NCBI GenBank assembly: GCA_032718475.1 | Contig: JAUCBJ010003156.1 | Location: 1-64,000, forward strand | Reading direction: 5' to 3' | Source of the DNA: Nemertoderma westbladi | Taxonomy: Eukaryota; Animalia; Xenacoelomorpha | DNA: 64,000 nt | Shown here: positions 26,028 to 37,400 of the stretch, one piece after another | Numbering within the stretch: position 1 is the first letter of the stretch | How the letters are laid out: every line of letters begins with the position of its first letter | Position numbers and translations under genes: made by a program | Notes under the pieces: model-generated | The model's input: the letters and a program-made list of their open reading frames with translations, nothing else | What the model was told of the DNA's origin: nothing | The model's database searches: none

Positions 26028-27105
26028 ATTATTATTATTATTATTATCACTCTATGTATTTATAAAAATTAAATTAAAAGTACATGAGGAGAGAAAACCA
26101 CCAGGTTATTAAAAATTAAACACTTATGGTTGCCCGAGCAGGCTCTAAAATTAAACAAAAATACAGAAATACATATAGGCCTATTCTACAAAATAAAATT
26201 AAAATTAACGCAACAATGTCATAGTCTACGAATTTCTGAAAATTGATAAAAAAAAAATAATAATAAATAAATTTGGTGCAGTGAATAAAGATATCATATT
26301 TACATTCAAAATAAAAAAGCATAAAACGGTGCAGTAGAATATAGACAGAAGCAGTGCTGAAAATATAAAATAAAATAAATACAAGGGTAGGCCTACAGTA
26401 AACAGTAAGCTATGTGCAATAAAATATTCACAATAAAAATTGATTGAAAAATAATAAAAAAAAAAATAAAAATATGCGCATGTTTACAAATTTCTATTAA
26501 ATTTACAAAAAGATAGCAGGTCAAGGTCTTTAAGCTTTTTGGAAAATAAAAATTTACTTTCAGTCTTAAAAGTTTCCGATGGGAGCCAGTTCCAAATTGG
26601 AACTACTCGGTGGGCAAAATTATTCTTGCACATTAGAAGCCTCGACTGTTTATGGTAGAGTTTAAGCTCGTGACCTCTAAGTCCAGCTCTCGGCGCAATA
26701 GTGAAGAAATCGTTCAAATTTAAGTCGATATTACTGTAAACTATAGAATGTGCCATTTTTAAATCAAAAATAACACAGCGCACTTCGAGAGGTTGTAGTT
26801 TTAATATCCTAATCCTATCTAAATAACCTACAGGTTCCAAATTGCACCGTCGAAAAAGTCGGCGCGTAAAATATCTTTGAACACGCTCAAGGAGATCAAT
26901 TGCTCCAACATGATAGGGCGACCAAACAGAGGTGCAATATTCTAATAAAGGTCGTACATAGGATTTAAAAGCAGTGAGAAAGGCACGAGTATTATTTGTA
27001 CAGAAGCATCTGAAAATAATACCGGTATTTACAATCTTGAACGCCTTGGAAACTTGTTCACGACAATATAGGTTAAAATTTAAGTCACTGCACATGGTAA
27101 TTCCC
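26028..27105 (-). mobile_element. 3' fragment of a CR1-like LINE (ORF2 C-terminus at 26484-27105 plus AT-rich 3' UTR)
   Basis: KSYVRPLLEYCTSVWSPY, LERVQRYFTR, LRGHELKL and FAHRVVPIWNWLP are CR1-type motifs. An (ATT)n run near 26028-26046 is the probable tail; the 3' boundary is uncertain. Confidence 0.88.
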
Positions 27106-28043
27106 ATACAGCCATATACCTGTATAGTGTATACTGCAGTACTGGTACTGGACAGGCCCTATACAAACTGCTATAGCTGTATAGGCAATAGGACCTATCA
27201 CCTACTGAGTACTACTGGCAGACTGATTAGGCCTATTGACCAAGTAGCCAAGCAGCCTAGCACAGAGTGCACGTGCACAGGGTGACCCAGTGACCTGCTG
27301 ACAGGCAACAGGTAGCTGGATCCTGGGTAGAACTGTAGAAGATCATTACAGTCTGACAGTGACAGTCCAGCAGTCATAATAGTCCTACTGTAATAATCTG
27401 ACTGCAGGACTGTCCTGTCTGCCTGTCTGACAGTCTGAATACAGGAATATCTCGCTATATCTCAGCAGCTCAGTCTGACAGTGTCAGTCTCAGCGCTCAG
27501 ACTTGTCACACTACCGGCTGACAGGCTGACCGGCTTACAGGCTAACAGACCGGTAGTACTAAGTAGGCCAACTACTGAACTACTGGACTGCGACTGCGGT
27601 CAGGCGGTGTCAGGGTGTACTGCTGTACTGGTGTACAGGCAGACAGGAAACCACTCAGACTCAGGCATGACTCACAACCTTTGCTGCTTTGTTGTAGAAC
27701 GACCCTGTACTGCTGTACAAGTTGCCAGACAACTAACAGTGTACCAGTTGCCAGTTGGCCATGAGTGTACTAATCTGCTAATGCTCAATGTAATATGATT
27801 GTTAACAATTAATGAGTCATCAAAATTATTAGACCTACCGCGCTACCAGTACGGTACCGGCATGGTATGATGAATGCCAATCTCAGCCAACAACGCCCTG
27901 TCGCCCCCATAAAACGACAAATCAAAAATCAATTATTGTATTATTATATATAATTTTTAAATTTTCACCCATTGCAAGAAAGTACCATACTGGTTTTATT
28001 ATTAATAAGTGAATTGTTGTGGGGCGAGTGACGGTGAATTAAA

Positions 28044-28162
28044 TATATAATGTAGATAGGACAATATGATAATGCTCTCCATAGCGAAAAATATCAACCG
28101 AACGTCGGTTGATATTTTTCGCTATGAAGAGCATTATCATATTGTCATATCTACATTATATA
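28044..28162. repeat. Near-perfect 119-bp palindrome (58-bp arms, 3-nt loop, 2 mismatches), probably a hairpin MITE
   Basis: TATATAATGTAGATAGGACAATATGATAATGCTCTCCATAGCGAAAAATATCAACCGA, loop ACG, then the reverse complement. Confidence 0.92.
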
Positions 28163-28307
28163 CATACTGGTTTTACTCACTGTGGAATAATTAATATTTT
28201 CGACAAAATTTAGTGTTAATGTAGAAAGTTGTTGTACTGTACCTACGTTGTTTTTATATTTGATTTGATTTGGGTTCTTTGTGGTAATACGGTCAGATCG
28301 GCCGAAA

Positions 28308-29345
28308 AAATCAGATCACTGTACGATGGTTCCACCAAATTTTGTGACTACTGCTGATGGTGACACAGAGTGTTACGTGGAGTCCTTCAGAGTGACACAC
28401 TTGCACCATTCTTATTCGTAATTGTTGTTGATTATGTTCTACGCATGTCCTTAGACTATCTTAATAAAGATGGGGTGATAGTAACACCCCCTACTGGCAC
28501 AAGAAGTAGTGGAAATCCAACAAAGTACAGTTACCTTGCTGATGACTAAGAGGTACTGTTAGAATCACTAGAGGGAGCCCAAAAAGCTCCTCTGCTCATT
28601 GGAGCAGGTTGCTTCTAGTGTTGGTCTTTTTGTAAATTCCAAGAAGACCAAAATCATGACAGTCAACCTAGACAGCCCTCAAGAAATGTCTGATCGTAAG
28701 GGCATAAGCTATAAGGATGGCTTGCTTGAGCCCGTGGATGACTTCTGCTACTTAGGATCATGGATCAGAAAGTCACGTGAAGACCTTCGGATACGTAAGG
28801 GAGAGGTATGGGATCGTTCAATATTCTGCCCAGGATTTGGAAGTCCCATAGAATAAAACGGAACCTTAAGGTTCGATTATTTATGGCAATAGTAGTACCA
28901 GTACTCTTATATGGGAGTCCATGCTGGGCTCTAACTGCTGAGGACACCAAATTTCTGGTGGCACTTTCACAAGAATGTTGCGCCAGGTTCATTGTGTCAA
29001 GTTCAATGCACACATCTCCAATCAGACTCTATACAGCCTTGGAGGTGTTACATTTGTCTCCCCTAGCTTGACACTTGAACGGAACCGCCTCCGCTTTGCA
29101 GGACATTGCTTTCGCCGTGAGGATCACACAGTGAATAATCTTGTGCTTTGGTGGTCTCATGCAGCGAATAAGCATGGTGGGCAGCCCATGAATTTCTTGA
29201 GATGCATCATAAAAGACACTGGCTTTGAAGATGCGGATGAACTAGCAAATGTCATGGGTGATAGGGAGTTGTGGTGGCGCAATTTTGTCGACAAGCCGGC
29301 ACAGTATTCATAATATATATGTAATATACATTGTGCAGCTGCAAT
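28308..29345 (+). mobile_element. Decayed RTE-like LINE, 3' part
   Basis: Frameshifted RT and C-terminal motifs GVLQSDTLAPFLF, VDDFCYLGSWI, LKVRLF..VLLYG and RLRFAGHCFR. Same family as 58293-59750. Confidence 0.88.
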
Positions 29346-30167
29346 GCAGTATGCCGATCGTAGTAGTAGTAGTAGAACAGGGAGTAATATCGCATAATAC
29401 TACTGTACTACTACTACTACTGTAACTACTGTATCTCTATCTCTAACAGAAAATGAAATGTTGATCATCTGGTCTTACAGTACGTTTTGCGGTTTTTCTG
29501 TCGTTAGTCCTATACCGGTACTACTTTTAGGATTTAGACTTTTGATGAACTTTATATGAAGTTAATGTGAGGAGTAGAATGAATTGAATACTCGGATTAA
29601 CGTCCACTTATTTTATGAAATCCAACCAAGTATATAGTTTGTTATCAACAACAATGTAACATCTTCCAGAAATTAGATATTTCATATTTGTTGGTGGCAA
29701 TGCGGTAATAATAAAATAAGGTGTCGTCATCGATTTGTTATTAGTTATTATTTTAAATAATATTTTATAATACCAAAAATATGGCACATCAGAAATATTA
29801 ATAAAGATAATAAATAAAGGCAGTGATTTTTTATGTCCTTTTATTTGACTTTTTTGTCATTTTTTTTTACGAATTATGCATAATGACTTTTGTTGTCCTT
29901 TTAATGACTTTTATTGTCCTTTTAATAACTTTTTATGTATGTATTTCTGTCAGACTGCTGATTTCTGGACTGTCAGACAGTTGATTTCACTATGCCTGTG
30001 CCAAAACATTCCATGATTCCATGATTTATAGACTATGAGATAGATTTTCATATGCGCCTGTGGTAAAAAGACTCTATATTTAATAGTTTGTGGTTGTTGT
30101 CGATAATCGATTACCACATGACGTAGCAAAACACTCATTTTATAGCCAAAAACAATTACCAATTCAG

Positions 30168-30831
30168 CAATTGATGGAAAGGAGCAGGTTAAGGCCGAGT
30201 TTTCTAACCAAAACAATAAACAGTCACTTTACCAAATCAGGGAAAGGAGCAGGGTACAGAGACGGGATTTTCTAACCAAAACAATAAACGATCACTTAAG
30301 TAATTGAGGGAAAGGAGCATGTTACAGAGGCGGGATTTTCTAACCAAAACAATAAACGATCACTTAACTTATTGAGGGAAAGGAGCAGGTTACAGAGGCG
30401 GGATTTTCTAACCAAAACAATAACCGATAACATTACCAATTGAGAGAAAGGAGCAGGTTACAGATGCGGGAATTTCTAACCAAAACAATAAACAGTCACT
30501 TTACCAAATCAGGGAAAGGAGCAGGTTACAGAGACGGGATTTTCTAACCAAAACAATAAACGATAACATTACCAATTGAGAGAAAGGAGTAGGTTACAGA
30601 GGCGGGATTTCCTAACCAAAACAATAAACGATCACTTAATTAATTGAGGGAAAGGGGCAGGTTACAGAGGCGGGATTTTCTAACCAAAACAATAAACAGT
30701 CACTTTACAAAATGAAGGAAAGGAGCAGGTTACAGAGGCAGGCCTTTCTAACCAAAACAATAAACGGTCACTTTACCAAATCAGGCAAAGGAGCAGGTTA
30801 CAAATGAGGCGGGATTTTCTAACCAAAACAA
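30168..30831. repeat. 68-bp tandem array, about 10 copies, of a dispersed MITE core motif
   Basis: The unit GGAAAGGAGCAGGTTACAGAGGCGGGATTTTCTAACCAAAACAATAAAC... starts at 30241, 30309, 30377 and so on. Confidence 0.93.
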
Positions 30832-30840
30832 CCGGTCAGC

Positions 30841-30932
30841 CAGTAGGCCTACCATTACCGTATTTAAATGGTAGGCTACACAGTAGGCCTACCATTACCG
30901 TATTTAAATGGTAGGCTACACAGTAGGCCTAC
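30841..30932. repeat. 40-bp tandem duplication (2.3 copies) with an internal 10-bp stem
   Basis: CAGTAGGCCTACCATTACCGTATTTAAATGGTAGGCTACA occurs twice plus a partial copy. Confidence 0.9.
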
Positions 30933-31425
30933 ATCAGTACCGGTGCCGGTACCGGTACTAAAATACAGAAATGCCTGCTTTATACCTACATCTGTACACA
31001 ATACAGCAAAATAGTGCTATATATACTAATACCGGTACTGATAGCCTGAGAGAACAGCAGTAGAGAAACCGGTAGCATGGAACCTAACATTAGACTTTTG
31101 GAGGACATAAAAAATAAAAAAAAAAGGACAAAAAAAGGATTTAAACGGACAATAAAAATTATTGCGATAAATAAATTGCTATATTTATACTACTGTAGCA
31201 TTTTACAACTAGGGCCTACTATATAAACTACCGTACAGTAGCAATTTATAAGGAGTTATAGAATTTATATAATTTAATTAAATAATTTATATTAATTAAA
31301 TAATCTGATTCGAATATCACCTAAAGTTATCATCATATCATGACTATTTTTCATATCTCTTTAGATTAAATATTTATCTGCCGTTAAATCTCTACAATAT
31401 TGTAAGTGTAAAGCCTTTGGAAATA

Positions 31426-34400
31426 CACCACCACGAGGTGGTACATATCAGGGTACAGTAGGTAGACTAGCCCACCACCACGAGGTGGTACGTAGTAGGG
31501 AACAGTAGGTAGACTAGCCCACCACCACGAGGTGGTACGTAGTAGGGAACAGTAGGTAGACTAGCCCACCACCACGAGGTGGTACATAGTAGGGTACAGT
31601 AGGTAGACTAGCCCATCACCACTAGGTGGTACATAGTAGGGTACAGTAGGTAGACTAGCCCACCACCACGAGGTGGTACATAGTAGGGTACAGTAGGTAG
31701 ACTAGCCCACCACCACGAGGTGGTACGTAGTAGGGTACAGTAGTTAGACTAGCGCACCACCACGGGGTGGTACATAGTAGGGTACAGTAGGTAGACTAGC
31801 CCACCACCACGAGGTGGTACGTAGTGGGGTACAGTAGGTAGACTAGCCCACCACCACGAGGTGGTACGTAGTGTGGTACAGTAGGTAGACTAGCGCACCA
31901 CCACTAGGTGGTACATATCAGGGTACAGTAGGTAGACTAGCCCACCACCACGAGGTGGTACGTAGTAGGTACAGTAGGTAGACTAGCCCACCACCACGAG
32001 TTGGTACATTAGGGTACAGTAGGTGGACTAGCCCACCACCACGAGGTGGTACATAGTAGGGTACAGTAGGTAGACTAGCCCACCACCACGAGGTGGTACG
32101 TAGTAGGGTACAGTAGGTAGACTAGCCCACCACCACGAGGTGGTACGTAGTTAGGGTACAGTAGGTAGACTAGCCCACCACCACGAGGTGGTACATAGTA
32201 GGGTACAGTAGGTAGACTAGCCCACCACCACGAGGTGGTACGTAGTAGGGTACAGTAGGTAGACTAGCCCACCACCACGAGGTGGTACGTAGTAGGGTAC
32301 AGTAGGTAGACTAGCCCACCACCACGAGGTGGTACATAGTAGGTACAGTAGGTAGACTAGCCCACCACCACGAGGTGGTACGTAGTAGGGAACAGTAGGT
32401 AGACTAGCCCAGCACCACGAGGTGGTACATATCAGGGTACAGTAGGTAGACTAGCCCACCACCACGAGGTGGTACATAGTAGTGTACAGTAGGTAGACTA
32501 GCCCAGCACCACGAGGTGGTACATAGTAGGTACAGTAGGTAGACTAGCCCACCACCACGAGGTGGTATGTAGTAGGGTACAGTAGGTAGACTAGCCCAGC
32601 ACCACGAGGTGGTACATATCAGGGTACAGTAGGTAGACTAGCCCAGCACCACGAGGTGGTACATATCAGGGTACAGTAGGTAGACTAGCCCACCACCACG
32701 AGGTGGTACGTAGTAGGGTACAGTAGGTAGACTAGCCCAGCACCACGAGGTGGTACATATCAGGGTACAGTAGGTAGACTAGCCCACCACCACGAGGTGG
32801 TACGTAGTAGGTACAGTAGGTAGACTAGCCCACCACCACGAGGTGGTACATAGTAGGTAACAGTAGGTAGACTAGCCCACCACCACGAGGTGGTACGTAG
32901 TCGGGTACAGTAGGTAGACTAGCCCACCACCACGAGGTGGTACATAGTAGGGTACAGTAGGTAGACTAGCCCAGCACCACGAGGTGGTACATATCAGGGT
33001 ACAGTAGGTAGACTAGCCCACCACCACGAGGTGGTACATAGTAGGGTACAGTAGGTAGACTAGCCCACCACCACGAGGTGGTACGTAGTAGGGTACAGTA
33101 GGTAGACTAGCCCACCATCACGAGGTGGTACGTAGTGGGGTACAGTAGGTAGACTAGCGCACCACCACTAGGTGGTACGTAGTAGGGTACAGTAGGTAGA
33201 CTAGCCCACCACCACGAGGTGGTACGTATAGGGGTACAGTAGGTAGACTAGCCCACCACCACGAGGTGGTACGTAGTAGGGTACAGTAGGTAGACTAGCC
33301 CACCACCACGAGGTGGTACGTAGTAGGGTACAGTAGGTAGACTAGCCCACCACCACGAGGTGGTACGTAGTAGGGTACAGTAGGTAGACTAGCCCACCAC
33401 CACGAGGTGGTACGTAGTAGGGTACAGTAGGTAGACTAGCCCACCACCACGAGGTGGTACATAGTAGGGTACAGTAGGTAGACTAGCCCACCACCACGAG
33501 GTGGTACATAGTAGGGTACAGTAGGTAGACTAGCCCATCACCACTAGGTGGTACATAGTAGGGTACAGTAGGTAGACTAGCCCACCACCACGAGGTGGTA
33601 CATAGTAGGGTACAGTAGGTAGACTAGCCCACCACCACGAGGTGGTACGTAGTAGGGTACAGTAGGTAGACTAGCCCACCACCACGGGGTGGTACATAGT
33701 AGGGTACAGTAGGTAGACTAGCCCAGCACCACGAGGTGGTTCATATCAGGGTACAGTAGGTAGACTAGCCCAGCACCACGAGGTGGTACGTATCAGGGTA
33801 CAGTAGGTAGACTAGCCCACCACCACGAGGTGGTACGTAGTAGGGTACAGTAGGTAGACTAGCCCAGCACCGCGAGGTGGTACATATCAGGGTACAGTAG
33901 GTAGACTAGCCCACCACCACGAGGTGGTACATATCAGGGTACAGTAGGTAGACTAGCCCAGCACCACGAGGTGGTACATATCAGGGTACAGTAGGTAGAC
34001 TAGCCCACCACCACGAGGTGGTACGTAGTAGGGTACAGTAGGTAGACTAGCCCAGCACCACGAGGTGGTACATATCAGGGTACAGTAGGTAGACTAGCCC
34101 ACCACCACGAGGTGGTACATAGTAGGGTACAGTAGGTAGACTAGCCCACCACCACGAGGTGGTACATAGTAGGGTACAGTAGGTAGACTAGCCCACCACC
34201 ACGAGGTGGTACGTAGTAGGGTACAGTAGGTAGACTAGCCCAGCACCACGAGGTGGTACATATCAGGGTACAGTAGGTAGACTAGCCCACCACCACGAGG
34301 TGGTACGTAGTAGGTACAGTAGGTAGACTAGCCCACCACCACGAGGTGGTACATAGTAGGTAACAGTAGGTAGACTAGCCCACCACCACGAGGTGGTACG

Positions 34401-37400
34401 TAGTTGGGTACAGTAGGTAGACTAGCCCACCACCACGAGGTGGTACATAGTAGGGTACAGTAGGTAGACTAGCCCAGCACCACGAGGTGGTACATATCAG
34501 GGTACAGTAGGTAGACTAGCCCACCACCACGAGGTGGTACATAGTAGGGTACAGTAGGTAGACTAGCCCACCACCACGAGGTGGTACGTAGTAGGGTACA
34601 GTAGTTAGACTAGCCCACCATCACGAGGTGGTACGTAGTGGGGTACAGTAGGTAGACTAGCGCACCACCACTAGGTGGTACGTAGTAGGGTACAGTAGGT
34701 AGACTAGCCCACCACCACGAGGTGGTACGTATAGGGGTACAGTAGGTAGACTAGCCCACCACCACGAGGTGGTACGTAGTAGGGTACAGTAGGTAGACTA
34801 GCCCACCACCACGAGGTGGTACGTAGTGGGGTACAGTAGGTAGACTAGCCCACCACCACGAGGTGGTACGTAGTAGGGTACAGTAGGTAGACTAGCCCAC
34901 CACCACGAGGTGGTACGTAGTAGGGTACAGTAGGTAGACTAGCCCACCACCACAAGGTGGTACATAGTAGGGTACAGTAGGTAGACTAGCCCACCACCAC
35001 GAGGTGGTACATAGTAGGGTACAGTAGGTAGACTAGCCCATCACCACTAGGTGGTACATAGTAGGGTACAGTAGGTAGACTAGCCCACCACCACGAGGTG
35101 GTACATAGTAGGGTACAGTAGGTAGACTAGCCCACCACCACGAGGTGGTACGTAGTAGGGTACAGTAGGTAGACTAGCCCACCACCACGAGGTGGTACAT
35201 AGTAGGGTACAGTAGGTAGACTAGCCCACCACCACGAGGTGGTACATAGTAGGGTACAGTAGGTAGACTAGCCCACCACCACGAGGTGGTACATAGTAGG
35301 GTACAGTAGGTAGACTAGCCCACCACCACGAGGTGGTACGTAGTAGGGTACAGTAGGTAGACTAGCCCACCACCACGAGGTGGTACGTAGTAGGGTACAG
35401 TAGGTAGACTAGCCCACCACCACGAGGTGGTACATAGTAGGGTACAGTAGGTAGACTAGCCCACCACCACGGGGTGGTACATAGTAGGGTACAGTAGGTA
35501 GACTATCCCATCACCACTAGGTGGTACATAGTAGGGTACAGTAGGTAGACTAGCCCACCACCACGAGGTGGTACATAGTAGGGTACAGTAGGTAGACTAG
35601 CCCACCACCACGAGGTGGTACGTAGTAGGGTACAGTAGGTAGACTAGCCCACCACCACGAGGTGGTACATAGTAGGGTACAGTAGGTAGACTAGCCCACC
35701 ACCACGAGGTGGTACGTAGTAGGGTACAGTAGGTAGACTAGCCCACCACCACGAGGTGGTACGTAGTAGGGTACAGTAGGTAGACTAGCCCACCACCACG
35801 AGGTGGTACATAGTAGGGTACAGTAGGTAGACTAGCCCACCACCACGAGGTGGTACATAGTAGGGTACAGTAGGTAGACTAGCCCACCACCACGAGGTGG
35901 TACATAGTAGGGTACAGTAGGTAGACTAGCCCACCACCACGAGGTGGTACGTAGTAGGGTACAGTAGGTAGACTAGCCCACCACCACGAGGTGGTACATA
36001 GTAGGGTACAGTAGGTAGACTAGCCCACCACCACGAGGTGGTACGTAGTGGGGTACAGTAGGTAGACTAGCCCACCACCACGAGGTGGTACGTAGTGTGG
36101 TACAGTAGGTAGACTAGCGCACCACCACTAGGTGGTACGTAGTAGGGTACAGTAGTTAGACTAGCGTACCACCACGAGGTGGTACATAGTAGGGTACAGT
36201 AGGTAGACTAGCCCACCACCACGAGGTGGTACATAGTAGGGTACAGTAGGTAGACTAGCCCACCACCACGAGGTGGTACGTAGTAGGGTACAGTAGGTAG
36301 ACTAGCCCACCACCACGAGGTGGTACGTAGTAGGGTACAGTAGGTAGACTAGCCCACCACCACGAGGTGGTACATAGTAGGGTACAGTAGGTAGACTAGC
36401 CCACCACCACGAGGTGGTACATAGTAGGGTACAGTAGGTAGACTAGCCCACCACCACGAGGTGGTACATAGTAGGGTACAGTAGGTAGACTAGCCCACCA
36501 CCACGAGGTGGTACGTAGTAGGGTACAGTAGGTAGACTAGCCCACCACCACGAGGTGGTACATAGTAGGGTACAGTAGGTAGACTAGCCCACCACCACGA
36601 GGTGGTACATAGTAGGGTACAGTAGGTAGACTAGCCCACCACCACGAGGTGGTACATAGTAGGGTACAGTAGGTAGACTAGCCCACCACCACGAGGTGGT
36701 ACGTAGTAGGGTACAGTAGGTAGACTAGCCCACCACCACGAGGTGGTACGTAGTAGGGTACAGTAGGTAGACTAGCCCACCACCACGAGGTGGTACATAG
36801 TAGGGTACAGTAGGTAGACTAGCCCACCACCACGAGGTGGTACGTAGTAGGGTACAGTAGGTAGACTAGCCCACCACCACGAGGTGGTACATAGTCAGGG
36901 TACAGTAGGTAGACTAGCCCACCACCACGAGGTGGTACATAGTAGGGTACAGTAGGTAGACTAGCCCACCACCACGAGGTGGTACGTAGTAGGGTACAGT
37001 AGGTAGACTAGCCCACCACCACGAGGTGGTACATAGTAGGGTACAGTAGGTAGACTAGCCCACCACCACGAGGTGGTACATAGTAGGGTACAGTAGGTAG
37101 ACTAGCCCACCACCACGAGGTGGTACGTAGTAGGGTACAGTAGGTAGACTAGCCCACCACCACGAGGTGGTACGTAGTAGGGTACAGTAGGTAGACTAGC
37201 CCAGCACCACGAGGTGGTACATAGTCAGGGTACAGTAGGTAGACTAGCCCACCACCACGAGGTGGTACATAGTAGGGTACAGTAGGTAGACTAGCCCACC
37301 ACCACGAGGTGGTACGTAGTAGGGTACAGTAGGTAGACTAGCCCACCACCACGAGGTGGTACGTAGTAGGGTACAGTAGGTAGACTAGCCCACCACCACG

